Source: a candidate division LCP-89 bacterium
GTDB taxonomy: Bacteria; Electryoneota; B3-LCP
Length of the DNA stretch: 64,000 bases
Direction: 5' to 3'
Assembly (NCBI GenBank): GCA_025774555.1
Contig: JALGVT010000006.1
Coordinates: 46,158-110,157, forward strand
In this document: in pieces, positions 26,539 through 37,700 of the stretch
Layout: each line of letters starts with the position of its first letter
Position numbering within the stretch: the stretch's first letter is position 1
Position numbers and translations under genes: made by a program
The notes under the pieces: generated by a model
Seen by the model: the letters and a program-made list of their open reading frames with translations, nothing else
The model's database searches: none
What the model was told of the DNA's origin: nothing

Positions 26539-29500
26539 CTATTTTTCGTCCTTCTCAATCTCCACTTCTGTCGAAGGCGTATCCTGGATCGGTGCTTCGC
26601 CATTTGCATTCAGGTAAATCTTAAAAACAGTTCCCTTGCCAATTTCAGAATCGATCTCGAACTGGGCGTCATATTTTTTCAACAATTGGTAGGAAGAGGA
26701 TAATCCAAGTCCTGTGCCAGTCGGCTCGTTATCTTTTCGTTCGCCTACTGAAGGTTTGGTCGTGAAGAAGGGATTAAAGATTTGATTCAGTTTATCTTTC
26801 GGGATGCCATAGCCTGTATCACCAACTTCAATCAGTATTTTTTTGTCAGGAAGCGCTTTTGTCTTAACGGTCAGCTTTTTGGAGTCCGCGTTATGCATTG
26901 CATCGAGAGCGTTTTTAATGATATTCAGCAGAGCCTGCGAAAAATCGCTGTATATCCCATGAACGTTGGGCAGGTTGGGATCAAAATCGTATTCTTTTTC
27001 GATATCATGCTTGAATGTTAAGTCAGCGTCGAGGAACGTTAACTCCTCAACGAGTAGATGATTGATATCGATTGCTCTCTTGCTTTGATCCTGTTCCTGC
27101 CGGCTTTTATGAAGCATGTTATTGATTATTGCGCTAATGCGCTGCACCTGGTTGAACATTGCATCGAGGTAGGGAACGTCTTCGCGGGTCATTTTCAGCA
27201 TTTCGATGTGACTGGATATGCCCTGAAGCGGAACGTTCACGTTGTGAGCGATGCCTGCAGCGAGCATACCGATGGACGCCAGTTTAGAGTGCTGCATCAG
27301 CTCAAGCTGCATCTCTCTTTCTTTTGTTTCAAATTGTTTTCTATCGGATATATCACGCAGGATACCTTGCGTAGCCGGTTCGCCATCAAAATTGGTATGG
27401 CTAACACTTACGTCGAAATCTATTATTTTACCTGATTTTGACAATCCCTTGAACTCATAGTTTGGTATAAGTTTTTCACCAGCTTTTGAGCGGCGGGCAC
27501 GATCCTCGATCAGAGGCACCGATTCGGGCGCGACGGTCTGCATAAAATCGAAATCTGGCGCACTCAACTCTTCCAGAGTATAACCCAGCAGGTCTTCAAA
27601 TCTTTTATTGGTAAATACGAAGCGGTTCCCCTGCAGTATGTAAATAGCATCGTTGGAATTGTCGAAGAGAGTGCGGTACTTTTCTTCTGAATCAGATAAC
27701 CTTTCAATCAAGCGATGGTGCTGTATCCATAAGACGATCTGTGATTGAATCTGCTCCAGGATTTCCGAATGTTCAGGCAGAAATGCACCGACCTTTTTGC
27801 TCGCCAGGAAGAGCATTCCGAGCGGCACTCCTACATTGATTAGCGGTACCGCGATATACGAATTAATCCCGGCATCTTTAAAACGCTGATCCAGAGTGCT
27901 GCTTGATGAATGAATCCTCTCCTCGATACGGTCCCGGCGTTCGTGAAGCACCTGTAATGTTAAAGATTCTTGCAAACCTTCATTGTACGGTTTAATCAAC
28001 TCTGGAGCGATGCCGGAATCATTTTCACTTTCAGGGGCAGCAAATGATACTTCTACCTGGTTCTGCTCTTTTAGAATGAGCGTTAAAGCTGCCAGGTCAT
28101 GCGGGACTATCCTCTGCAGTTCGTTGGCTAAGCTCTGTACTACGCGATCGGAATCGAGTTCACTCAAGAGCATTTGGTTGATGTTAAAGATCGTTTCCCG
28201 CGTGATATCACCCTTTCTTTGTTCCGTGATATCGATACCCATTTCATAGCGCACCATACGTCCGTCGGGCCACCTGATCGGCTTGGCGATACCGCGATAC
28301 CAACGCTGATTTAATTCATTCTTATACTCTTCTACGATCACTTCACCATCATATTCATTGAATAGCTCATCGTTATTGCACGTTTCGCACGGATTATCTC
28401 GGTTTCTAAATGCTTTATGGCATTTCATTCCGACAATATCTCCGAAGCATTTCTTTACAGCGTTGTTTGCGTAAAGTATTTCATGAGTCACAGGATCGTT
28501 AACGTTCACTATTTCATCGATGCTGTCGAATAATGATAGAAGCTGTTCACGTTCTCTCTTAAGCTCTCGTTCAGCTATTTTCTTTTCGGTAATATCGCGC
28601 ACCATAGCTTGAATATATCGTTGTCCTCCAAACTCAAGCGCGTTCAAGGTGACTTCTGCATCAAAGAGAGTGCCATCGGCCCGGCTGTGCATCCAGTAGA
28701 AGAACTGCGGTTCATCTGCTAATGCCGCACTGATTTTCTCAATCGCTTTTTCAGTCGAATTCCTTCCGTCTGGCTGGGTTTCCGGTGAGAATTCATAAGG
28801 TGGATGACCGATGATTTGTTCTCTGGTACAGCCAAACATTTCAAGGGTTTTATCGTTGCAATCGATGAATATTTTATTATCCATCAAGAAGATAGCATCA
28901 TTTGCCTGGGAGAAGATATTACGGTATTTGATCTCCGCTTCTTTAATTGCTTCTTCCGCTTGTTTCTGGTCGGTGATGTCACGGTAGATAGCGTAAACTG
29001 CTACCTTGCCATTGCCGGTTTTAAAGGGAGTGCCTAAAATAGAGACGTCAACCAGGCTGCCGTCTTTGCGTTTGCGGACGCTTTCCAGCGCTACTCCCTC
29101 TCCTGCCGCAACACGCTTAGTGAGCAGATCTGCTTCGTCTTTCAAGTTGGGTGGAGTGAGCAAATCATCCACGGAATGACCGATTGCTTCTTCGGGATTA
29201 TACCCGAATATGCGGGTAAATTCACTGTTAACGCGTAGAATATCACCATTTTCATCAACCAGACATATCGCTTCTGGTGCGAATTCAAAGAGATTCCCAA
29301 GGTATGCTTTCTCGATATGCAGCGCTTCTTCTGCCTGTTTTCTCTGAATGGCAAGCGCGATGTTCTCTGATATGAAAGCCAGCAGATCGAGGTCTTGCTG
29401 ATTGTATGCAGAGTCATTGTTATAGCTCTGAACAGCCACGACACCTTTAACACCGTCGGAGGTACGCAGCGGAGCACCCATCCAGAGTGATGATGGTTGA

Positions 29501-31544
29501 CCGATGAGTTCAACTTCACCTTTAGCAATTAATTCTTCGTGGATCTGTTCAGTTATGAGCCGAGGTATGCCGGTTCTGCGAATATAATCCGTAAGGCTCT
29601 TTTCGAGGGTGCAGGGGGTATATACGATTTCATCATCGTTTTCATCAACCATATAGGGGAAAGAGTATTTCTTTGTTTCCGCATCATACAAAGCCACGTA
29701 AACATTTGTTGTGTCTATCAGCTGTCCTAGTTCATTATGAATAATAATCCAAAGATCTTCCAGACTGGCGGTTTCAGAGGTTGCTTTTGCTATATTGTAG
29801 ATAACCGTTTGTATCTTATGCGCGCGTTTTTCTGCGGTGATATCTTCAACTGTGCCTTCAAAGAATATAAGATTCCCGCTCTCATCACAGCTTGCCCGCG
29901 TATTCTCGCGGACATGCAGGATTGAACCGTCCTTTTTAATCCATTCTGCTTCGTAGCCTGTAACCCTTTTATCTTTTTTTATCTTTCTGAGGAAATCGGA
30001 TCTGGGTGTTTTACTGCTGTGGCAGCCCTCCTCAAGATTAAGTGATTGCAGCTCACTAAATGATTCATAGCCAAGCATCTGTATGAGAGTCGGATTCGCA
30101 GTTAGAATTCTACCGTCCGGAGTGGAGCGGTATATGCCAATAATAGCGTTATCGAAAATACTTTTGAAGCGTTCTTCAGATTCGAGCAAAGCTTCTTCCG
30201 CACGTTTCCGGTCGGTAATATCGGTGATGCGAGACTCGCTATTCGACCTTCATACATGATTGGTGTAGAATAGAGTTCGATCCATTTAACCAACCCGGTG
30301 TTTGTTAACATCCGCCATGAATAATTTCTTACAACATCTTCATCGCCCGCCTGTTTTTTCTTCGCTTGTTCTGAAACAAAAGCGCGATCGTCAGGATGGA
30401 TATATTCCTTGTATTTACCTGGCTCCCAGCTTGTAAGTTCTTCTATCGAATGCCCGAAGATATCACTGGCAGCTTGATTAACGTATTTAAAAGTATCATC
30501 TTGAAGAATGGAAATCCCCATAATTGACTGTTCAGAAATGAGTCTGAACTTCGCTTCGCTTTCTCGGAGTGCATCTTCAGCAGATTTACGTAATGAAATG
30601 TCACGAGAAACTACGGAAATAGCGATTGGTTGATTGGATGAGTCTCTCAAGAGGGTGATGCTTGTACGAGTAGGGAATGGGATGTTGTCTTTTTTTACAT
30701 GCGTGATTTCTTTATCATAAGAGTCTTTTTCCTCGATGTTCTCAAGTATAGGTTTTATAACTGTTTCATTCTGTTCATCAGTGTAGAATATACTCAGATG
30801 CTTGCCCAGCAATTCCTTTTTCAATTCGTAACCGTGCATCTGCGTCCAGGCGTTATTTACGAAAAGAACGTTGCCGAAAAGATCGGCTACAGCCATACCA
30901 TCAGTCGCCTGTTCAACAACAGAGCTGAGGAAGCGAACCGTTCTTTCTCTTTTATCTCGTTCTTTTTCATCTATTACAATGGAAATATTATCGGCGATAG
31001 AACCGGCGAAAAATTGTTCATCGAGTTCCCAGTCTCTCGGTTCGCCGACATGTTCACAGCATATAACGCCGATTATCCGATCAGACCGTCTGATAGGCGC
31101 ATTGAGCATCGATGTAATGCCCAGGGGAGTCAAGTACGTACTGGAGAATTCAGCAGTGCGAGGATCAGATTTGGCATCGCTTGCGGCAATAGCTCTTTTT
31201 TCCTGTAACGCTTCGAAGTATCGAGGAAAATTCGTAGCTGTGAGTACCAATCCTTCAGAATGCTGTTTTTCTTCGCGTTCGTAGAGATCTGAACAGGTTA
31301 TTTTGGTGTTGTTCTCATTAAAAAGCCAAATGCTGACTCTGGCGACTTCGACGGCATCCGCGACCGCTTCGGTTATCTTCTGGAAAGCAGCCTGCAAACT
31401 GTCTTCACATATCAACTTCAGCGTGGAAAGCTCATTTAAAACTTTCAACTGTCTGCGCAGGCGTTCATCTGTACGCTGTCCTGCATCATCCATTTGCATT
31501 ACTGCTGAGTCGCTTGAGCTGCTATTCTTTTTCCAGTTCCACAT
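26539..31544 (-). pseudogene. Giant multi-GAF/PAS sensor histidine kinase split by a frameshift near 30230
   Basis: ORF 30102-31544 (GAF, PAS, PAS) leaves frame at EGRIASLA. Another frame continues [21 protein letters not shown] into ORF 26539-30189 (PAS/GAF repeats, H-box AGIAHN, HATPase FFTTK..GTGLGL). Confidence 0.85.
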
Positions 31545-31733
31545 ACGAGAACTCCCGGTTCATCATTTTTTCGGTAATGCTGCTTCAACCGCATTGGATG
31601 GACTTAAGCGGTTGAGAATGACAATAAATTGTCACCAGCCATCGACTGCAGCGAGAGGACATAAAGATACTTATAACGCCTCGAAAGAGCGCTGAGTATC
31701 GGTGATCATGTCTTAAAGATGTTCTAAATCAGG

Positions 31734-33047
31734 TCAAAAACGATAAGAGAGTGTCATGAGGAGGTGGGTTAGTTGCAGGTCTTCCCCCCAGCCCCCGATG
31801 GATCGTTCCCAACCAGTCCATGAAAGAGACGTTTGAACCAGCAGCGATTGATCCAGTAGTGTGTTTATTCCCCCGCTAAATACATGTTTGTCGCTTATTA
31901 TTTCATCATTTTTAAAGGGCGATGGCAGCCAGGCATAGCCAAACTGCAGCCTCACCGGCGTATCCGGAATCCAGACTTCCGTCCCCAGATGGAGATCCAC
32001 GGTGGAACGCAGGTATTTATTAACAGCAATATTTGTTTTATCCCAACTTATGTCTTCGGATGGTGAATCTCCAGAATATGATAACTGTGTCCAATCACTG
32101 AAAACTGCATCCGCTGTCAATATTACTGGTCCCACCAAAAACGCCACACCCAATCCCGCTCTAAAAGATCTAGCTAGGCTGTACTCATAGCCCCATGAAT
32201 CGTACTCGCTATAAGAAACAAGTGATGAATCAAGACCTGTTGAATCAGGTATATACTCGTTTCCTTCATATTTGCCTGAGTAAGATTCATCTATTGACAG
32301 TTTTAGTGGTGACTCAATTGTTGCTCCGATTCGTAACCAATGATTTGGCCGTATAATTAATCCAGTAAGAATATTAAAACCAATATATTCAAGATCGCTT
32401 GAAAAATCTACCGTTGACCAAACTGGGCCTATCTCATCCAACCGTCTTTGCCATGAGTAATCATTATAACCGCCCCAGAGGTTCAAAGCCACACCGATTG
32501 ATGCAGTCGGGGAGAGATCAAGACCCATTCCAAGTGACCAATTTCCGAGACGTCCCTCTTCGAGTTCTTCGCCAATAAGCGTGTTTCCTTCTGTTAGATC
32601 CTCGAAGTTGCCGAATATATCAAATCCGTGGACTTGGTGGTAACCCAGTGCGAAAACAAGACTGCCTCTATAAGTAGGAACTGGCAGGACAATTCCTACT
32701 GCATTCAGTCGAGTTTGAGATAATTCGCTTGATGTTTTACTTGTGACAGAAGTAACTTCATTTTGAGTTATCGCTTGAGATATTCCAAGAGTAAATTCGA
32801 CTCTTCGGATTGAAGCTAAACCCGCTGGATTCCAGTACAGCGCTGAAAGATCATCTGATAGAGCCCGGTATGCTCCACCTAACGCAAGCGCTCGTCCCCC
32901 TGTACCTAATTCCAAACCATGAAGCAAAACGGTTTCATTATAAAGTTCTTCTAGTTCTGTAGCAGTTGAACTATTAGCTAAAACTAGTGAAACTACGAGT
33001 GAAATTTTAAATATGATATTTCGAAAGTTCTTCATCATTTTCAGCAT
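31734..33047 (-). CDS. OmpP1/FadL-family outer membrane beta-barrel
   Basis: GGRALALGGAY..DDLSALYWNPAGLA; C-terminal LSYRF. Confidence 0.85.
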   Translation of the reverse strand: MLKMMKNFRNIIFKISLVVSLVLANSSTATELEELYNETVLLHGLELGTGGRALALGGAYRALSDDLSALYWNPAGLASIRRVEFTLGISQAITQNEVTSVTSKTSSELSQTRLNAVGIVLPVPTYRGSLVFALGYHQVHGFDIFGNFEDLTEGNTLIGEELEEGRLGNWSLGMGLDLSPTASIGVALNLWGGYNDYSWQRRLDEIGPVWSTVDFSSDLEYIGFNILTGLIIRPNHWLRIGATIESPLKLSIDESYSGKYEGNEYIPDSTGLDSSLVSYSEYDSWGYEYSLARSFRAGLGVAFLVGPVILTADAVFSDWTQLSYSGDSPSEDISWDKTNIAVNKYLRSTVDLHLGTEVWIPDTPVRLQFGYAWLPSPFKNDEIISDKHVFSGGINTLLDQSLLVQTSLSWTGWERSIGGWGEDLQLTHLLMTLSYRF

Positions 33048-33052
33048 GAATA

Positions 33053-33625
33053 CTAGCCTCTGCCACGGCCATCGCGCTTGTGGTCGTCTTGGCTATCGCC
33101 ACTATTCTGTTGCTGATTATCTCCTTGATTCGGATTCGCAGGTGCGCTATAGACTGGTGGCGGAACGTACTGTGGCGCCTGCGGATATGGGGCAGGCGAA
33201 AAATCTCGTCCTCTGCCTGGTCTCTGCGGCGACGGCGCCGATACCCCCACCGATCCCGATCCTCCACCCGGGTTATAGTAAGGCGGGTAGGGATTGTAGT
33301 AGTTCCAGCCCCACCACCAGGGATCGTAATAATACTTTTGCCATCCGCCATAGCTGCCGTAGTAGCTATAGTAGCTGTAGGGGTAGTTGCGGATTCCCCA
33401 GGAACCGAATCCCCAGTTATGGGGAGACATCCGGTTGTGGTCGTACTCATTGTTGTGGCAGGCAGTGCACGAAGTTCCGGTCAACTCAGAGTCGTGCTCG
33501 GCGACCAGTTCTTCATCAGCGACGGTCGGGTGATTAAGCATAGTGTAACACCCTGCCAGTCCCAGCATCAGCAAGACAATGATGATAAGACTGAAACCCG
33601 CTTTAGTCGAAGACAGGATAGTCAT
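33053..33625 (-). CDS. Lipoprotein with CxxCH motif and Tyr/Trp/Pro-rich low-complexity region
   Basis: Lipobox LAGC, CTACH, YYYDPWWWGWNYY. Confidence 0.8.
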   Translation of the reverse strand: MTILSSTKAGFSLIIIVLLMLGLAGCYTMLNHPTVADEELVAEHDSELTGTSCTACHNNEYDHNRMSPHNWGFGSWGIRNYPYSYYSYYGSYGGWQKYYYDPWWWGWNYYNPYPPYYNPGGGSGSVGVSAPSPQRPGRGRDFSPAPYPQAPQYVPPPVYSAPANPNQGDNQQQNSGDSQDDHKRDGRGRG

Positions 33626-33642
33626 AACGAACCTCGATGAAA

Positions 33643-34413
33643 CTAAAATGATTCAACATACGTAATCCGTAGTTCACGAGCTATGGAGGATGTGTCCTTC
33701 TGATTTTCGAGGATATCTTTGAAATTGAATTCGATCCCGAGTTGTTCTGCGAATATCCAGCGAATTCCCGCGTTAAGGTAACCGCGTTCCCTGCCGAGAG
33801 CATGATTGTTGTTGTCATCAAACCCGAGATTATATTCGGCAACCAGTGAAGCCTGATCGTTAATGCTTTTATCGAATCCGACGAAGCCGTTCATATTGCG
33901 GTCATCGTCATCTTCAAACGTGTTGAAATTGACGCCGCCATGCAGTCCTAAAGTTCCCAGGTAGCCCATCGAAAAGTTTTTACTCATCACTGCGAACAGA
34001 CCCTTTGCCTTGACTTCGTAGCGGTCAATATCTTTCATGTAAAGCCCATAACCCTGGCTGTCGAAGCCGATGGAAACGGCGGGCAGATCCGTCTCTTCAA
34101 AAAGGCGGTACTTGATCAGCACGCCGGGTAATTCGTTCCATTCCGGCTCGCCCCTGCCGATAATGTTGATCGCGCCATAAGATACTCCGATCATGAAGCG
34201 GTCGAAGAGACCTGCCCGCAGGCTGCCCTGAGCGCCGCCATGCGGAAAGAAACGCAGATCAAATCCATATTCGCCCTTCTCGAGAGAGCCTGCCGTAGGT
34301 TGATCGATCAGTTCCTGTATTTCCACTCGTTGAGCTAAAGTCTGTGTCTGACAAAGAGCATTGGCGCCCTGGAGTAGAAATATTACCAGGAAAAACAGAA
34401 TAACCTTTTTCAT
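33643..34413 (-). CDS. YjbH-like outer membrane beta-barrel protein
   Basis: Signal peptide, LIDQPTAGSL, alternating beta strands, terminal Phe. Confidence 0.7.
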   Translation of the reverse strand: MKKVILFFLVIFLLQGANALCQTQTLAQRVEIQELIDQPTAGSLEKGEYGFDLRFFPHGGAQGSLRAGLFDRFMIGVSYGAINIIGRGEPEWNELPGVLIKYRLFEETDLPAVSIGFDSQGYGLYMKDIDRYEVKAKGLFAVMSKNFSMGYLGTLGLHGGVNFNTFEDDDDRNMNGFVGFDKSINDQASLVAEYNLGFDDNNNHALGRERGYLNAGIRWIFAEQLGIEFNFKDILENQKDTSSIARELRITYVESF

Positions 34414-34577
34414 GTCACCTCAAGTTCTTTTTATTTTAGAGTTGAAATTCTTCTATTTATTAAAGTATTACGTGAAAGAAAGCTCAATTAACAATTCACC
34501 TTTACACTCATTTTACGAGAAAGGAGCAGATCTGTTCCCTGCCCCCATCAAATTAGAGTTTAATCAGCCGGTCTATT

Positions 34578-35597
34578 TTAATCATTGAACTGTTCTCTGA
34601 TCTTCAGGAAATCCTGTTCGCGCCGTAAAAACGCGCGGACGATATCCTCTGCGAAATGTGATCCGGAACTGTCAATAATAATCTCTCTGGCACGATCATG
34701 AGGTATGGCGTCTTTGTAGATACGCTTTGAGGTCAACGCATCGTACACATCCGCGATTGCCACGATTCTGGCAGAGAGGGGGATATCGGTGCCTTTCAAG
34801 CCTTCAGGGTAGCCTGTGCCATCCCATTTCTCATGGTGGTAGTATGCTATCTCTTTACCCAACGTCAGGAATGATTCCCCTCCCAACTGCTGATCGGCTG
34901 CGCGCAGAGAATCACCACCGATAGCCGAATGCTGCTTCATAATTTCAAACTCCTGTTTCGTCAGCTTGCCGGGCTTCAGCAGTATTGCATCCGGGATACC
35001 TACTTTGCCTATATCATGCAGAGGGCTTGAGTTATGTATATCCTGAATATAATCATCATCTATGTAGAGGCTGTATTCCGGCAGCGTGGACAGTTCTTCA
35101 GATATCAGACGGGAGTAATTGCTCATTCTCTCCAGATGCATCCCGGTTTCGGGATCGCGGGCTTCAGCCAGTTTTGCTAAGCCGACCATAGCAGCCCCCT
35201 GCGTTTTATGGAGCTGCTCCATGCGCTGGCGGAGTTCAATTTCGTAGCTATCGGTATCGGTGAACGGACGTCCAAATCCGACATATCCAAGCGTCTGCCT
35301 GATTTCATCACGAATTGGCGAGATAGTATAGTGGACTACGCGTAAACTGTCGTCGAGAGATATTTCTTGCAGCTCACCCTGGAAAACTCTGTCGCGATTG
35401 ATGTCTTCCTTGAGTTTATTTATACTGTGAACATCCCAAATGGAGTTGACAGACTGCCCGATAATTTCCTCTTTTAAAACACCGGTTGCCTGCAAGCAAG
35501 CGCTGTTGATGTCGATTATGGTTAACTCATTATCAAGGACGACTATTTCCATCAATGCGCTGTCTAACAAGCGTCGGTTTAGAAGTTCCAGTTCCAT
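34578..35597 (-). CDS. PAS + HD-GYP cyclic dinucleotide phosphodiesterase
   Basis: RDPETGMH, LHDIGK, HHEKWDGTGYP, ADVYDAL. Confidence 0.95.
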   Translation of the reverse strand: MELELLNRRLLDSALMEIVVLDNELTIIDINSACLQATGVLKEEIIGQSVNSIWDVHSINKLKEDINRDRVFQGELQEISLDDSLRVVHYTISPIRDEIRQTLGYVGFGRPFTDTDSYEIELRQRMEQLHKTQGAAMVGLAKLAEARDPETGMHLERMSNYSRLISEELSTLPEYSLYIDDDYIQDIHNSSPLHDIGKVGIPDAILLKPGKLTKQEFEIMKQHSAIGGDSLRAADQQLGGESFLTLGKEIAYYHHEKWDGTGYPEGLKGTDIPLSARIVAIADVYDALTSKRIYKDAIPHDRAREIIIDSSGSHFAEDIVRAFLRREQDFLKIREQFND

Positions 35598-35792
35598 TTA
35601 TTTCCCCCAGTTTGGAATGAACGGCGGCTTAAAACCGCACTGAATGTCGCGTGTTTATAAGATACTCTGGTTATCAGGTTTCATGATTATACTTGAGACG
35701 CATAGCTGATACGTTTATACTGTTTTAGGCAAAGATCAGACCGAAATTGACCGCTTATTTATCCTGATTTTTATCAGAAACCCGCGGATGAT

Positions 35793-36737
35793 TTATTCTG
35801 GATGTTTCCCGCTGTTATATACAGCTTTTCTAACAAACCCATCAGAACGATCTAAAAGGTTTTCAGCCGCTTCTTTCTCTAAATTGCATAGCGCCATAAC
35901 AATAGCGGTCTTTACGCTGCTGCCCGCTGTGTTTAAATATTCGCCGGCTCTATCGTAATCAATCCCCGCTGCCAGCATCAGAATCCGCCGTGATCTGGCT
36001 TGCAATTTCTGCGACCATGCTTTCAGGTCAACCATCATCCCCTGGTATATCTTGCCGCTGCGAATAAAGGCTGCCGTCGTTATCATGTTCAGGATCATTT
36101 TGGTCGCGGTGCCAGCTTTCAAGCGAGTCGATCCCATTACTACTTCAGGACCTACGACCGGAGCAATCACCACGTCAGCGGTTGCTGTTTCTGAATCGTC
36201 CGCCGGTTTCGGATTGCATATCAGGAAAACCGTTGAGGCTCCCGTTTTCCGCGCATATTCAAGCGCGCCTAATACGTACGGTGTTCTGCTGGATGAGGCG
36301 ATGCCCACCACAGTATCCTTTGCAGTGAGTTTAACGTCCGCCAGATCTTTTGCCCCGGTTTCGTGCTGATCTTCGATGCCCTCGCGTGATAGAAATACGG
36401 TATCGCGTCCTCCGGCGATAATCCCAACGACCTGTTCCGGGTCTGATCCGAAGGTCGGTGGACATTCCGCCGCATCTATAATCCCCAGTCTGCCCGAAGT
36501 GCCCGCTCCGATGTAAATAAGGCGTCCACCTGAATGGAACGACTGAAGCGTTTTGGCGACTGCTTTTTCTATATCCGGAAGCACAGATCTGACCGCTTGA
36601 GCGACCTTCTCGTCTTCAGCAGAAATAAATTCGAGAATCTGCCGTGTATCGAAGGTGTCCAGATCAACCGAATCAGGGTGTATGCCTTCAGTTGTTAAAC
36701 TGGCAATCTCCTTAAAAATACGATCAGACATTGCCAT
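35793..36737 (-). CDS. murQ: N-acetylmuramic acid 6-phosphate etherase
   Basis: GAGTSGRLGIIDAAECPPTFG, GPEVVMGSTRLKAGTATK. Confidence 0.97.
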   Translation of the reverse strand: MAMSDRIFKEIASLTTEGIHPDSVDLDTFDTRQILEFISAEDEKVAQAVRSVLPDIEKAVAKTLQSFHSGGRLIYIGAGTSGRLGIIDAAECPPTFGSDPEQVVGIIAGGRDTVFLSREGIEDQHETGAKDLADVKLTAKDTVVGIASSSRTPYVLGALEYARKTGASTVFLICNPKPADDSETATADVVIAPVVGPEVVMGSTRLKAGTATKMILNMITTAAFIRSGKIYQGMMVDLKAWSQKLQARSRRILMLAAGIDYDRAGEYLNTAGSSVKTAIVMALCNLEKEAAENLLDRSDGFVRKAVYNSGKHPE

Positions 36738-36885
36738 TCATACTATACATGGTCATTGAAATATAACTGTAGTTGTTGGGTAAGTCAATGAAAAATATGA
36801 GAAGTGAAGCCGGACGTCCGTTTTTTTTTAGAGGAGGCATATTATGTCCAGGTTTAAACCGAAAATCAGTGTGTACTGATCGTTT

Positions 36886-37338
36886 TTAAGAGCGCTGCAT
36901 TATTTCGATAACATCTTCGGAGTTTTTCGCATCCAGCAGTTTAGACCGGAAATCCTCTTCCCGCAGCAGGCGGCAGAGATTAGCGACTAACTTCAGATAT
37001 TCGTTGATCGCATCGTTGGGCACTCCGAAGAGAAATATCAGGCGAGCTGGTTCACCGCTGTCAGCGCCGAAATCCACGCCCTTTTTCAGCCGGGCGAATG
37101 CCATAACGATTTTCTTGACGACTCGCGAACGAGCGTGGGGGAGCGCCGCTCCCTTCTGCAGACCGGTAGGGATTTCTCTTTCACGGCGCACAACTTCCTT
37201 CTCGAACTGATCCAGATCATCAATTTCGTCGATTCCGCTCATCTTCTGAACGATTTTATGGATGACGTCTAATCTGGATTTACCGGACAGTTCAAGGAAG
37301 ACGTATTCCGGTTTTAACAGGTTACGGATCTCCTGCAC
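36886..37338 (-). CDS. PTS EIIA (Ntr/fructose-type) domain protein
   Basis: RE..PTG..GAALPHAR phospho-His motif. Confidence 0.9.
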   Translation of the reverse strand: MQEIRNLLKPEYVFLELSGKSRLDVIHKIVQKMSGIDEIDDLDQFEKEVVRREREIPTGLQKGAALPHARSRVVKKIVMAFARLKKGVDFGADSGEPARLIFLFGVPNDAINEYLKLVANLCRLLREEDFRSKLLDAKNSEDVIEIMQRS

Positions 37339-37351
37339 GAAAATGCCCTCG

Positions 37352-37672
37352 TTACCCCAGTTTAACAGCAGTTCCCGAGGCCGTTACCATCAGCATCGAG
37401 TTTCCTTGACCCAGCACTTCATAATCGAGGTCAACGCCAACGACTGCGTTGGCGCCTAAAGCTCCAGCTCTCTCTTCCAGTTCTCTCAATGCTATCTCTT
37501 TCGCCCGGATAAGTTCCTGCTCATAAGCTGCAGATCTTCCGCCCACGATGTCGCGAATACTGGCAAAAAGATCCTTGAATATGTTCGCGCCCATGATCGC
37601 TTCACCGGTAACGATCCCCAGGTACTGTGAGATCTTTTTACCCTCAATGGTGTGAGTTGTCGTTGTGATCAT
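37352..37672 (-). CDS. YbjQ/UPF0145 family protein
   Basis: [41 protein letters not shown]. Confidence 0.95.
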   Translation of the reverse strand: MITTTTHTIEGKKISQYLGIVTGEAIMGANIFKDLFASIRDIVGGRSAAYEQELIRAKEIALRELEERAGALGANAVVGVDLDYEVLGQGNSMLMVTASGTAVKLG

Positions 37673-37700
37673 TGTAATGTCTCCAGGTAGTATTTATTAT

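Noticed and set aside
25230-26540. Cobalamin or SAM riboswitch ahead of core-MetE or the CODH genes
   Set aside because: I could not find the conserved B12-box or S-box sequences in these short intergenic gaps.
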